The notes beneath the pieces were generated by a model. The model did not search any database. It saw nothing but the letters and a program-made list of their open reading frames with translations, and was not told where the DNA came from. A stretch of 64,000 nt of DNA from Eledone cirrhosa (Eukaryota), in contig OZ024743.1 in the NCBI GenBank assembly GCA_964016885.1, positions 250,542,001-250,606,000 of the forward strand. The letters are read 5' to 3'. Position 1 is the first letter of the stretch. Every line of letters starts with the position of its first letter. Shown piece by piece: positions 48,601 to 63,600 of the stretch. Position numbers and translations under genes: made by a program.

Positions 48601-51600
48601 TATACCAGACTAGAAGGTAGTAGTGGTAGTGACAAGTGTGGTATACCAGACTAGAAGGTAGTAGTGGTAGTGACAAGTGTGGTATACCAGACTAGAAGGT
48701 AGTGGTAGTGACAAGTGTGGTATACCAGACTAGAAGGTAGTGGTAGTGACAAGTGTGGTATACCAGACTAGAAGGTAGTAGTGGTAGTGACAAGTGTGGT
48801 ATACCAGACTAGAAGGTAGTGGTAGTGACAAGTGTGGTATACCAGACTAGAAGGTAGTAGTGGTAGTGACAAGTGTGGTATACCAGACTAGAAGGTAGTA
48901 GTGGTAGTGACAAGTGTGGTATACCTGACTAGAAGGTAGTAGTGGTAGTGACAAGTGTGGTATACCTGACTAGAAGGTAGTAGTGGTAATGACAAGTGTG
49001 GTATACCAGACTAGAAGGTAGTAGTGGTAGTGACAAGTGTGGTATACCAGACTAGAAGGTAGTAGTGGTAGTGACAAGTGTGGTATACCTGACTAGAAGG
49101 TAGTAGTGGTAGTGACAAGTGTGGTATACCATACTAGAAGGTAGTAGTGGTAGTGACAAGTGTGGTATACCATACTAGAAGGTAGTAGTGGTAGTGACAA
49201 GTGTGGTATACCATACTAGAAGGTAGTAGTGGTAGTGACAAGTGTGGTATACCTGACTAGAAGGTAGTGGTAGTGACAAGTGTGGTATACCAGACTAGAA
49301 GGTAGTAGTGGTAGTGACAAGTGTGGTATACCATACTAGAATGTAGTGGTAGTGACAAGTGTGGTATACCAGGCTAGAAGGTAGTGGTAGTGACAAGTGT
49401 GGTATACCAGGCTAGAAGGTAGTAGTGGTAGTGACAAGTGTGGTATACCAGGCTAGAAGGTAGTGGTAGTGACAAGTGTGGTATACCAGGCTAGAAGGTA
49501 GTGGTAGTGACAAGTGTGGTATACCAGGCTAGAAGGTAGTAGTGGTAGTGACAAGTGTGGTATACCAGACTAGAAGGTAGTAGTGGTAGTGACAAGTGTG
49601 GTATACCAGACTAGAAGGTAGTGGTAGTGACAAGTGTGGTATACCTGACTAGAAGGTAGTAGTGGTAGTGACAAGTGTGGTATACCAGGCTAGAAGGTAG
49701 TAGTGGTAGTGACAAGTGTGGTATACCAGACTAGAAGGTAGTAGTAGTTACAAGTGTGGTATACCAGGCTAGAAGGTAGTAGTGGTAGTGACAAGTGTGG
49801 TATACCAGACTAGAAGGTAGTGGTAGTGACAAGTGTGGTATACCAGACTAGAAGGTAGTGGTAGTGACAAGTGTGGTATACCAAACTAGAAGGTAGTAGT
49901 GGTAGTGACAAGTGTGGTATACCTGACTAGAAGGTAGTAGTGGTAATGACAAGTGTGGTATTCCAGACTAGAAGGTAGTAGTGGTAGTGACAAGTGTGGT
50001 ATACCATACTAGAAGGTAGTAGTGGTAGTGACAAGTGTGGTACACCTGACTAGAAGGTAGTGGTAGTGACAAGTGTGGTATACCAGACTAGAAGGTAGTA
50101 GTGGTAGTGACAAGTGTGGTATACCATACTAGAAGGTAGTAGTGGTAGTGACAAGTGTGGTATACCATACTAGAAGGTAGTAGTGGTAGTGACAAGTGTG
50201 GTATACCAGGCTAGAAGGTAGTAGTGGTAGTGACAAGTGTGGTATACCAGACTAGAAGGTAGTAGTAGTTACAAGTGTGGTATACCAGGCTAGAAGGTAG
50301 TAGTGGTAGTGACAAGTGTGGTATACCAGACTAGAATGTAGTAGTAGTGACAAGTGTGGTATACCAGACTAGAAGGTAGTGGTAGTGACAAGTGTGGTAT
50401 ACCAGACTAGAAGGTAGTGGTAGTGACAAGTGTGGTATACCAGACTAGAAGGTAGTAGTGGTAGTGACAAGTGTGGTATACCAGACTAGAAGGTAGTGGT
50501 AGTGACAAGTGTGGTATACCAGCCTAGAAGGTAGTAGTGGTAGTGACATGTGTGGTATAATAGACTAGAAGGTAGTAGTGGTAGTGACAAGTGTGGTATA
50601 CCAGACTAGAAGGTAGTAGTGGTAGTGACAAGTGTTGTATACCAGACTAGAAAGTGGTGGTAGTGACAAGTGTGGTATACCAGGCTAGAAGGTAGTAGTG
50701 GTAGTGACAAGTGTGGTATACCAGACTAGAAGGTAGTAGTGGTAGTGACAAGTGTGGTATACCAGACTAGAAGGTAGTGGTAGTGACAAGTGTGGTATAC
50801 CAGACTAGAAGGTAGTAGTGGTAGTGACAAGTGTGGTATACCATACTAGAAGGTAGTAGTGGTAGTGACAAGTGTGGTATACCAGGCTAGAAGGTAGTAG
50901 TGGTAGTGACAAGTGTGGTATACCAGACTAGAAGGTAGTGGTAGTGACAAGTGTGGTATACCAGACTAGAAGGTAGTGGTAGTGACAAGTGTGGTATACC
51001 AGCCTAGAAGGTAGTAGTGGTAGTGACAAGTGTGGTATAACAGACTAGAAGGTAGTGCTAGTGACAAGTGTGGTATACCAGACTAGAAGGTAGTGGTAGT
51101 GACAAGTGTGGTATACCAGACTAGAAGGTAGTGGTAGTGACAAGTGTGGTATACCAGACTATAAGGTAGTAGTGGTAGTGACAAGTGTGGTATACCAGAC
51201 TGTAATGTAGTGGTGGTGACAAGTGTGGTATACCATACTAGAAGGTAGTGGTAGTGACAAGTGTGGTATACCAGACTAGAAGGTAGTGGTAGTGACAAGT
51301 GTGGTATACCAGAATAGAAGGTAGTAGTGGTAGTGACAAGTGTGGTATACCAGACTAGAAGGTAGTAGTGGTAGTGACAAGTGTGGTATACCATACTAGA
51401 AGGTAGTAGTGGTAGTGACAAGTGTGGTATACCAGGCTAGAAGGTAGTAGTGGTAGTGACAAGTGTGGTATACCAGACTAGAAGGTAGTAGTAGTTACAA
51501 GTGTGGTATACCAGACTAGAATGTAGTAGTAGTGACAAGTGTGGTATACCAGACTAGAAGGTAGTGGTAGTGACAAGTGTGGTATACCAGGCTAGAAGGT

Positions 51601-54600
51601 AGTAGTGGTAGTGACAAGTGTGGTATACCAGACTAGAAGGTAGTAGTAGTGACAAGTGTGGTATACCAGACTAGAAGGTAGTGGTAGTGACAAGTGTGGT
51701 ATACCAGGCTAGAAGGTAGTAGTAGTGGTGACAAGTGTGGTATACCAGACTAGAAGGTAGTAGTGGTAGTGACAAGTGTGGTATACCAGACTAGAAGGTA
51801 GTGGTAGTGACAAGTGTGGTATACCAGCCTAGAAGGTAGTAGTGGTAGTGACAAGTGTGGTATAACAGACTAGAAGGTAGTAGTGGTAGTGACAAGTGTG
51901 GTATACCAGACTAGAAGGTAGTAGTGGTAGTGACAAGTGTGGTATACCAGACTAGAAGGTGGTGGTAGTGACAAGTGTGGTATACCAGGCTAGAAGGTAG
52001 TAGTGGTAGTGACAAGTGTGGTATACCAGACTAGAAGGTAGTAGTGGTAGTGACAAGTGTGGTATACCAGACTAGAAGGTAGTGGTAGTGACAAGTGTGG
52101 TATACCAGACTAGAAGGTAGTAGTGGTAGTGACAAGTGTGGTATACCATACTAGAAGGTAGTAGTGGTAGTGACAAGTGTGGTATACCAGGCTAGAAGGT
52201 AGTAGTGGTAGTCACAAGTGTGGTATACCAGACTAGAAGGTAGTAGTGGTAGTGACAAGTGTGGTATACCAGACTAGAAGGTAGTGGTAGTGACAAGTGT
52301 GGTATACCAGCCTAGAAGGTAGTAGTGGTAGTGACAAGTGTGGTATAACAGACTAGAAGGTAGTGCTAGTGACAAGTGTGGTATACCAGACTAGAAGGTA
52401 GTGGTAGTGACAAGTGTGGTATACCAGACTAGAAGGTAGTGGTAGTGACAAGTGTGGTATACCAGACTATAAGGTAGTAGTGGTAGTGACAAGTGTGGTA
52501 TACCAGACTGTAATGTAGTGGTGGTGACAAGTGTGGTATACCATACTAGAAGGTAGTGGTAGTGACAAGTGTGGTATACCAGACTAGAAGGTAGTGGTAG
52601 TGACAAGTGTGGTATACCAGACTAGAAGGTAGTAGTGGTAGTGACAAGTGTGGTATACCAGACTAGAAGGTAGTGGTAGTGACAAGTGTGGTATACCAGC
52701 CTAGAAGGCAGTGGTAGTGACAAGTGTGGTATACCAGACTAGAAGGTAGTAGTGGTAGTGACAAGTGTGGTATACCAGACTAGAAGGTAGTGGTAGTGAC
52801 AAGTGTGGTATACCAGACTAGAAGGTAGTGGTAGTGACAAGTGTGGTATACCAGCCTAGAAGGTAGTGGTAGTGACAAGTGTGGTATACCAGACTAGGAG
52901 GTAGTGGAGGTGACAAGTGTGGTATACCAGACTAGAAGGTAGTAGTGGTAGTGACAAGTGTGGTATACCAGACTAGAAGGTAGGGGAAGTGACAAGTGTG
53001 GTATACCAGACTAGAAGATAGTGGTGGTAGTGACAAGTGTGTTATACCAGACTAGAAGGTAGTAGTGGTAGTGACAAGTGTGGTATACCAGACTAGAAGG
53101 TAGTGGTAGTGACAAGTGTGGTATTCCAGACTAGAAGGTAGTAGTGGTAGTGACAAGTGTGGTATACCAGACTAGAAGGTAGTGGTAGTGACAAGTGTGG
53201 TATTCCAGACTAGAAGGTAGTAGTGGTAGTGACAAGTGTGGTATACCAGACTATAAGGTAGTGGTAGTGACAAGTGTGGTATACCAGACTAGAAGGTAGT
53301 GGTAGTGACAAGTGTGGTATACCAGACTAGAAGGTAGTAGTGGTAGTGACAAGTGTGGTATACCAGACTAGAAGGTAGTGGTAGTGACAAGTGTGGTATA
53401 CCAGCCTAGAAGGTAGTAGTGGTAGTGACAAGTGTGGTATACCAGACTAGAAGGTAGTAGTGGTAGTGACAAGTGTGGTATACCAGGCTAGAAGGTAGTA
53501 GTGGTAGTGACAAGTGTGGTATACCAGACTAGAAGGTAGTAGTGGTAGTGACAAGTGTGGTATACCATACTAGAAGGTAGTAGTGGTAGTGACAAGTGTG
53601 GTATACCAGACTAGAAGGTAGTAGTGGTAGTGACAAGTGTGGTATACCAGACTAGAAGGTAGTGGTAGTGACAAGTGTGGTATACCAGCCTAGAAGGCAG
53701 TGGTAGTGACAAGTGTGGTATACCAGACTAGAAGGTAGTAGTGGTAGTGACAATTGTGGTACACCAGACTGTAAGGTAGTGGTGGTGACAAGTGTGGTAT
53801 ACCATACTAGAAGGTAGTGGTAGTGAGAAGTGTGGTATACCAGACTAGAAGGTAGTAGTGGTAGTGACAAGTGTGGTATACCAGACTAGAAGGTAGTAGT
53901 GGTAGTGACAAGTGTGGTATACCAGACTAGAAGGTAGTGGTAGTGACAAGTGTGGTATACCAGACTAGAAGGTAGTGGTAGTGACAAATGTGGTATACCA
54001 GCCTAGAAGGTAGTGGTAGTGACAAGTGTGGTATACCAGACTAGAAGGTAGTGGACGTGACAAGTGTGGTATACCAGACTAGAAGGTAGTAGTGGTAGTG
54101 ACAAGTGTGGTATACCAGACTAGAAGGTAGTGGTAGTGACAAGTGTGGTATACCAGACTATAAGGTAGTGGTGGTGACAAGTGTGGTATACCAGACTAGA
54201 AGGTAGTAGTGGTAGTGACAAGTGTGGTATACCAGACTAGAAGGTAGTGGTAGTGACAAGTGTGGTATACCATACTAGAAGGTAGTGTCAAGTGTGGTAT
54301 ACCTGACAAGAAGGTAGTAGTGGTAGTGACAAGTGTGGTATACCAGACTAGAAGGTAGTAGTGGTAGTGACAAGTGTGGTATACCAGACTAGAAGGTAGT
54401 GGTAGTGACAAGTGTGGTATTCCAGACTAGAAGGTAGTAGTGGTAGTGACAAGTGTGGTATACCAGACTAGAAGGTAGTGGTAGTGACAAGTGTGGTATA
54501 CCAGACTAGAAGGTAGTAGTGGTAGTGACAAGTGTGGTATACCAGACTGTAAGGTAGTGGTAGTGACAAGTGTGGTATACCAGACTAGAAGGTAGTGGTA

Positions 54601-57600
54601 GTGACAAGTGTGGTATACCAGACTAGAAGGTAGTGGTAGTGACAAGTGTGGTATACCAGACTAGAAGGTAGTAGTGGTAGTGACAAGTGTGGTATACCAG
54701 ACTAGAAGGTAGTAGTGGTAGTGACAAGTGTGGTATACCAGACTATAAGGTAGTGGTAGTGAGAAGTGTGGTATACCAGACTAGAAGGTAGTGGTAGTGA
54801 CAAGTGTGGTATACCAGACTAGAAGGTAGTAGTGGTAGTGACAAGTGTGGTATACCAGACTGTAAGGTAGTGGTAGTGACAAGTGTGGTATACCAGACTA
54901 GAAGGTAGTGGTAGTGACAAGTGTGGTATACCAGACTGTAAGGTAGTGGTAGTGACAAGTGTGGTATACCAGCCTAGAAGGTAGTGGTAGTGACAAGTGT
55001 GGTATACCAGCCTAGAAGGTAGTAGTGGTAGTGACAAGTGTGGTATAACAGACTAGAAGGTAGTGGTAGTGACAAGTGTGGTATACCAGACTAGAAGGTA
55101 GTGGTAGTGACAAGTGTGGTATACCAGACTAGAAGGTAGTGGTAGTGACAAGTGTGGTATACCAGACTAGAAGGTAGTGTCAAGTGTGGTATACCTGACA
55201 AGAAGGTAGTAGTTGTAGTGACAAGTGTGGTATACCAGACTAGAAGGTAGTAGTGGTAGTGACAAGTGTGGTATACCAGACTAGAAGGTAGTGGTAGTGA
55301 CAAGTGTGGTATTCCAGACTAGAAGGTAGTAGTGGTAGTGACAAGTGTGGTATACCAGACTAGAAGGTAGTGGTAGTGACAAGTGTGGTATACCAGACTA
55401 GAAGGTAGTAGTGGTAGTGACAAGTGTGGTATACCAGACTGTAAGGTAGTGGTAGTGACAAGTGTGGTATACCAGACTAGAAGGTAGTGGTAGTGACAAG
55501 TGTGGTATACCAGACTAGAAGGTAGTGGTAGTGACAAGTGTGGTATACCAGACTAGAAGGTAGTAGTGGTAGTGACAAGTGTGGTATACCAGACTAGAAG
55601 GTAGTAGTGGTAGTGACAAGTGTGGTATACCAGACTATAAGGTAGTGGTAGTGAGAAGTGTGGTATACCAGACTAGAAGGTAGTGGTAGTGACAAGTGTG
55701 GTATACCAGACTAGAAGGTAGTAGTGGTAGTGACAAGTGTGGTATACCAGACTGTAAGGTAGTGGTAGTGACAAGTGTGGTATACCAGACTAGAAGGTAG
55801 TGGTAGTGACAAGTGTGGTATACCAGACTAGAAGGTAGTGGTAGTGACAAGTATGGTATACCAGACTAGAAGGTAGTAGTGGTAGTGACAAGTGTGGTAT
55901 ACCAGACTAGAAGGTAGTAGTGGTAGTGACAAGTGTGGTATACCAGACTAGAAGGTAGTGGTAGTGACAAGTGTGGTATACCAGCCTAGAAGGTAGTAGT
56001 GGTAGTGACAAGTGTGGTATAACAGACAAGAAGGTAGTAGTGGTAGTGACAAGTGTGGTATACCAGACTAGAAGGTAGTAGTGGTAGTGACAAGTGTGGT
56101 ATACCAGACTAGAAGGTGGTGGTAGTGCCAAGTGTGGTATACCAGACTAGAAGGTGGTGATAGTGACAAGTGTGGTATACCAGGCTAGAAGGTAGTAGTG
56201 GTAGTGACAAGTGTGGTATACCAGACTAGAAGGTAGTAGTGGTAGTGACAAGTGTGGTATACCAGACTAGAAGGTAGTAGTGGTAGTGACAAGTGTGGTA
56301 TACCAGCCTAGAAGGTAGTAGTGGTAGTGACAAGTGTGGTATACCAGACTAGAAGGTAGTAGTGGTAGTGACAAGTGTGGTATACCAGACTAGAAGGTAG
56401 TAGTGGTAGTGACAAGTGTGGTATACCAGACTAGAAGGTAGTGGTAGTGACAAGTGTGGTATACCAGGCTAGAAGGTAGTAGTGGTAGTGACAAGTGTGG
56501 TATACCAGACTAGAAGGTAGTAGTGGTAGTGACAAGTGTGGTATACCAGACTAGAAGGTAGTAGTGGTAGTGACAAGTGTGGTATACCAGACTAGAAGGT
56601 AGTAGTGGTAGTGACAAGTGTGGTATACCAGACTAGAAGGTAGTGGTAGTGACAAGTGTGGTATACCAGGCTAGAAGGTAGTAGTGGTAGTGACAAGTGT
56701 GGTATACCAGACTAGAAGGTAGTAGTGGTAGTGACAAGTGTGGTATACCAGACTAGAAGGTAGTGGTAGTGACAAGTGTGGTATACCAGGCTAGAAGGTA
56801 GTAGTGGTAGTGACAAGTGTGGTATACCAGACTGTAAGGTAGTGGTAGTGACAAGTGTGGTATACCAGCCTAGAAGGTAGTGGTAGTGACAAGTGTGGTA
56901 TACCAGCCTAGAAGGTAGTAGTGGTAGTGACAAGTGTGGTATAACAGACTAGAAGGTAGTGGTAGTGACAAGTGTGGTATACCAGACTAGAAGGTAGTGG
57001 TAGTGACAAGTGTGGTATACCAGACTAGAAGGTAGTGGTAGTGACAAGTGTGGTATACCAGACTATAAGGTAGTAGTGGTAGTGACAAGTGTGGTATACC
57101 AGACTGTAATGTAGTGGTGGTGACAAGTGTGGTCTACCATACTAGAAGGTAGTGGTAGTGACAAGTGTGGTATACCAGACTAGAAGGTAGTGGTAGTGAC
57201 AAGTGTGGTATACCAGACTAGAAGGTAGTAGTGGTAGTGACAAGTGTGGTATACCAGACTAGAAGGTAGTGGTAGTGACAAGTGTGGTATACCAGCCTAG
57301 AAGGCAGTGGTAGTGACAAGTGTGGTATACCAGACTAGAAGGTAGTAGTGGTAGTGACAAGTGTGGTATACCAGACTGTAAGGTAGTGGTGGTGACAAGT
57401 GTGGTATACCATACTAGAAGGTAGTGGTAGTGACAAGTGTGGTATACCAGACTAGAAGGTAGTAGTGGTAGTGACAAGTGTGGTATACCAGACTAGAAGG
57501 TAGTGGTAGTGACAAGTGTGGTATACCAGACTAGAAGGTAGTGGTAGTGACAAGTGTGGTATACCAGCCTAGAAGGTAGTAGTGGTAGTGACAAGTGTGG

Positions 57601-60600
57601 TATACCAGACTAGAAGGTAGTGGTAGTGACAAGTGTGGTATACCAGACTAGAAGGTAGTGGTAGTGACAAGTGTGGTATACCAGACTAGAAGGTAGTGGT
57701 GGTGACAAGTGTGGTATACCATACTAGAAGGTAGTGGTAGTGACAAGTGTGGTATTCCAGACTAGAAGGTAGTAGTGGTAGTGACAAGTGTGGTATACCA
57801 GACTAGAAGGTAGTGGTAGTGACAAGTGTGGTATACCAGACTAGAAGGTAGTAGTGGTAGTGACAAGTGTGGTATACCAGACTAGAAGGTAGTGGTAGTG
57901 ACAAGTGTGGTATACCAGGCTAGAAGGTAGTAGTGGTAGTGACAAGTGTGGTATACCAGACTAGAAGGTAGTAGTGGTAGTGACAAGTGTGGTATACCAG
58001 ACTAGAAGGTAGTAGTGGTAGTGACAAGTGTGGTATACCAGACTAGAAGGTAGTAGTGGTAGTGACAAGTGTGGTATACCAGACTAGAAGGTAGTGGTAG
58101 TGACAAGTGTGGTATACCAGGCTAGAAGGTAGTAGTGGTAGTGACAAGTGTGGTATACCAGACTAGAAGGTAGTAGTGGTAGTGACAAGTGTGGTATACC
58201 AGACTAGAAGGTAGTGGTAGTGACAAGTGTGGTATACCAGGCTAGAAGGTAGTAGTGGTAGTGACAAGTGTGGTATACCAGACTGTAAGGTAGTGGTAGT
58301 GACAAGTGTGGTATACCAGCCTAGAAGGTAGTGGTAGTGACAAGTGTGGTATACCAGCCTAGAAGGTAGTAGTGGTAGTGACAAGTGTGGTATAACAGAC
58401 TAGAAGGTAGTGGTAGTGACAAGTGTGGTATACCAGACTAGAAGGTAGTGGTAGTGACAAGTGTGGTATACCAGACTATAAGGTAGTAGTGGTAGTGACA
58501 AGTGTGGTATACCAGACTGTAATGTAGTGGTGGTGACAAGTGTGGTATACCATACTAGAAGGTAGTGGTAGTGACAAGTGTGGTATACCAGACTAGAAGG
58601 TAGTGGTAGTGACAAGTGTGGTATACCAGACTAGAAGGTAGTAGTGGTAGTGACAAGTGTGGTATACCAGACTAGAAGGTAGTGGTAGTGACAAGTGTGG
58701 TATACCAGCCTAGAAGGCAGTGGTAGTGACAAGTGTGGTATACCAGACTAGAAGGTAGTAGTGGTAGTGACAAGTGTGGTATACCAGACTGTAAGGTAGT
58801 GGTGGTGACAAGTGTGGTATACCATACTAGAAGGTAGTGGTAGTGACAAGTGTGGTATACCAGACTAGAAGGTAGTAGTGGTAGTGACAAGTGTGGTATA
58901 CCAGACTAGAAGGTAGTGGTAGTGACAAGTGTGGTATACCAGACTAGAAGGTAGTGGTAGTGACAAGTGTGGTATACCAGCCTAGAAGGTAGTAGTGGTA
59001 GTGACAAGTGTGGTATACCAGACTAGAAGGTAGTGGTAGTGACAAGTGTGGTATACCAGACTAGAAGGTAGTGGTAGTGACAAGTGTGGTATACCAGACT
59101 AGAAGGTAGTGGTGGTGACAAGTGTGGTATACCATACTAGAAGGTAGTGGTAGTGACAAGTGTGGTATTCCAGACTAGAAGGTAGTAGTGGTAGTGACAA
59201 GTGTGGTATACCAGACTAGAAGGTAGTGGTAGTGACAAGTGTGGTATACCAGACTAGAAGGTAGTAGTGGTAGTGACAAGTGTGGTATACCAGACTGTAA
59301 GGTAGTGGTAGTGACAAGTGTGGTATACCAGACTAGAAGGTAGTGGTAGTGACAAGTGTGGTATACCAGACTAGAAGGTAGTGGTAGTGATAAGTGTGGT
59401 ATACCAGACTAGAAGGTAGTGGTAGTGACAATTGTGGTATACCAGAGTAGAAGGTAGTGGTAGTGACAAGTGTGGTATAACAGACTAGAAGGTAGTGGTA
59501 GTGACAAGTGTGGTATACCAGACTAGAAGGTAGTGGTAGTGACAAGTGTGGTATACCAGACTAGAAGGTAGTGGTAGTGACAAGTGTGGTATACCAGACT
59601 ATAAGGTAGTAGAGGTAGTGACAAGTGTGGTATACCAGACTGTAATGTAGTGGTGGTGACAAGTGTGGTATACCATACTAGAAGGTAGTGGTAGTGACAA
59701 GTGTGGTATACCAGACTAGAAGGTAGTGGTAGTGACAAGTGTGGTATACCAGACTAGAAGGTAGTAGTGGTAGTGACAAGTGTGGTATACCAGACTAGAA
59801 GGTAGTGGTAGTGACAAGTGTGGTATACCAGCCTAGAAGGCAGTGGTAGTGACAAGTGTGGTATACCAGACTAGAAGGTAGTAGTGGTAGTGACAAGTGT
59901 GGTACACCAGACTGTAAGGTAGTGGTGGTGACAAGTGTGGTATACCATACTAGAAGGTAGTGGTAGTGAGAAGTGTGGTATACCAGACTAGAAGGTAGTA
60001 GTGGTAGTGACAAGTGTGGTATACCAGACTAGAAGGTAGTAGTGGTAGTGACAAGTGTGGTATACCAGACTAGAATGTAGTGGTAGTGACAAGTGTGGTA
60101 TACCAGACTAGAAGGTAGTGGTAGTGACAAATGTGGTATACCAGCCTAGAAGGTAGTGGTAGTGACAAGTGTGGTATACCAGACTAGAAGGTAGTGGAGG
60201 TGACAAGTGTGGTATACCAGACTAGAAGGTAGTAGTGGTAGTGACAAGTGTGGTATACCAGACTAGAAGGTAGTGGTAGTGACAAGTGTGGTATACCAGA
60301 CTATAAGGTAGTGGTGGTGACAAGTGTGGTATACCAGACTAGAAGGTAGTAGTGGTAGTGACAAGTGTGGTATACGAGACTAGAAGGTAGTAGTGGTAGT
60401 GACAAGTGTGGTATACCAGACTAGAAGGTAGTGTCAAGTGTGGTATACCTGACAAGAAGGTAGTAGTGGTAGTGACAAGTGTGGTATACCAGACTAGAAG
60501 GTAGTAGTGGTAGTGACAAGTGTGGTATACCAGACTGTAAGGTAGTGGTGGTGACAAGTGTGGTATACCATACTAGAAGGTAGTGGTAGTGACAAGTGTG

Positions 60601-63600
60601 GTATACCAGACTAGAAGGTAGTAGTGGTAGTGACAAGTGTGGTATACCAGACTAGAAGGTAGTGGTAGTGACAAGTGTGGTATACCAGACTAGAAGGTAG
60701 TGGTAGTGACAAGTGTGGTATACCAGCCTAGAAGGTAGTAGTGGTAGTGACAAGTGTGGTATACCAGACTAGAAGGTAGTGGTAGTGACAAGTGTGGTAT
60801 ACCAGACTAGAAGGTAGTGGTAGTGACAAGTGTGGTATACCAGACTAGAAGGTAGTGGTGGTGACAAGTGTGGTATACCATACTAGAAGGTAGTGGTAGT
60901 GACAAGTGTGGTATTCCAGACTAGAAGGTAGTAGTGGTAGTGACAAGTGTGGTATACCAGACTAGAAGGTAGTGGTAGTGACAAGTGTGGTATACCAGAC
61001 TAGAAGGTAGTAGTGGTAGTGACAAGTGTGGTATACCAGACTGTAAGGTAGTGGTAGTGACAAGTGTGGTATACCAGACTAGAAGGTAGTGGTAGTGACA
61101 AGTGTGGTATACCAGACTAGAAGGTAGTGGTAGTGATAAGTGTGGTATACCAGACTAGAAGGTAGTGGTAGTGACAATTGTGGTATACCAGAGTAGAAGG
61201 TAGTGGTAGTGACAAGTGTGGTATAACAGACTAGAAGGTAGTGGTAGTGACAAGTGTGGTATACCAGACTAGAAGGTAGTGGTAGTGACAAGTGTGGTAT
61301 ACCAGACTAGAAGGTAGTGGTAGTGACAAGTGTGGTATACCAGACTATAAGGTAGTAGAGGTAGTGACAAGTGTGGTATACCAGACTGTAATGTAGTGGT
61401 GGTGACAAGTGTGGTATACCATACTAGAAGGTAGTGGTAGTGACAAGTGTGGTATACCAGACTAGAAGGTAGTGGTAGTGACAAGTGTGGTATACCAGAC
61501 TAGAAGGTAGTAGTGGTAGTGACAAGTGTGGTATACCAGACTAGAAGGTAGTGGTAGTGACAAGTGTGGTATACCAGCCTAGAAGGCAGTGGTAGTGACA
61601 AGTGTGGTATACCAGACTAGAAGGTAGTAGTGGTAGTGACAAGTGTGGTACACCAGACTGTAAGGTAGTGGTGGTGACAAGTGTGGTATACCATACTAGA
61701 AGGTAGTGGTAGTGAGAAGTGTGGTATACCAGACTAGAAGGTAGTAGTGGTAGTGACAAGTGTGGTATACCAGACTAGAAGGTGGTAGTGACAAGTGTGG
61801 TATACCAGACTAGAAGGTAGTAGTGGTAGTGACAAGTGTGGTATACCAGACTAGAAGGTAGTAGTGGTAGTGACAAGTGTGGTATACCAGACTATAAGGT
61901 AGTGGTAGTGAGAAGTGTGGTATACCAGACTAGAAGGTAGTGGTAGTGACAAGTGTGGTATACCAGACTAGAAGGTAGTAGTGGTAGTGACAAGTGTGGT
62001 ATACCAGACTGTAAGGTAGTGGTAGTGACAAGTGTGGTATACCAGACTAGAAGGTAGTGGTAGTGACAAGTGTGGTATACCAGACTAGAAGGTAGTGGTA
62101 GTGACAAGTATGGTATACCAGACTAGAAGGTAGTAGTGGTAGTGACAAGTGTGGTATACCAGACTAGAAGGTAGTAGTGGTAGTGACAAGTGTGGTATAC
62201 CAGACTAGAAGGTAGTGGTAGTGACAAGTGTGGTATACCAGCCTAGAAGGTAGTAGTGGTAGTGACAAGTGTGGTATAACAGACAAGAAGGTAGTAGTGG
62301 TAGTGACAAGTGTGGTATACCAGACTAGAAGGTAGTAGTGGTAGTGACAAGTGTGGTATACCAGACTAGAAGGTGGTGGTAGTGACAAGTGTGGTATACC
62401 AGACTAGAAGGTGGTGGTAGTGACAAGTGTGGTATACCAGGCTAGAAGGTAGTAGTGGTAGTGACAAGTGTGGTATACCAGACTAGAAGGTAGTAGTGGT
62501 AGTGACAAGTGTGGTATACCAGACTAGAAGGTAGTAGTGGTAGTGACAAGTGTGGTATACCAGCCTAGAAGGTAGTAGTGGTAGTGACAAGTGTGGTATA
62601 CCAGACTAGAAGGTAGTAGTGGTAGTGACAAGTGTGGTATACCAGACTAGAAGGTAGTAGTGGTAGTGACAAGTGTGGTATACCAGACTAGAAGGTAGTG
62701 GTAGTGACAAGTGTGGTATACCATACTAGAAGGTAGTAGTGGTAGTGACAAGTGTGGTATACCAGGCTAGAAGGTAGTAGTGGTAGTGACAAGTGTGGTA
62801 TACCAGGCTAGAAGGTAGTAGTGGTAGTGACAAGTGTGGTATACCAGACTAGAAGGTAGTAGTGGTAGTGACAAGTGTGGTATACCAGACTAGAAGGTAG
62901 TAGTGGTAGTGACAAGTGTGGTATACCAGACTAGAAGGTAGTAGTGGTAGTGACAAGTGTGGTATACCAGACTAGAAGGTAGTGGTAGTGACAAGTGTGG
63001 TATACCAGGCTAGAAGGTAGTAGTGGTAGTGACAAGTGTGGTATACCAGACTAGAAGGTAGTAGTGGTAGTGACAAGTGTGGTATACCAGACTAGAAGGT
63101 AGTGGTAGTGACAAGTGTGGTATACCAGGCTAGAAGGTAGTAGTGGTAGTGACAAGTGTGGTATACCAGACTGTAAGGTAGTGGTAGTGACAAGTGTGGT
63201 ATACCAGCCTAGAAGGTAGTGGTAGTGACAAGTGTGGTATACCAGCCTAGAAGGTAGTAGTGGTAGTGACAAGTGTGGTATAACAGACTAGAAGGTAGTG
63301 GTAGTGACAAGTGTGGTATACCAGACTAGAAGGTAGTGGTAGTGACAAGTGTGGTATACCAGACTAGAAGGTAGTGTCAAGTGTGGTATACCTGACAAGA
63401 AGGTAGTAGTGGTAGTGACAAGTGTGGTATACCAGACTAGAAGGTAGTAGTGGTAGTGACAAGTGTGGTATACCAGACTAGAAGGTAGTGGTAGTGACAA
63501 GTGTGGTATACCAGACTAGAAGGTAGTAGTGGTAGTGACAAGTGTGGTATACCAGACTGTAAGGTAGTGGTAGTGACAAGTGTGGTATACCAGCCTAGAA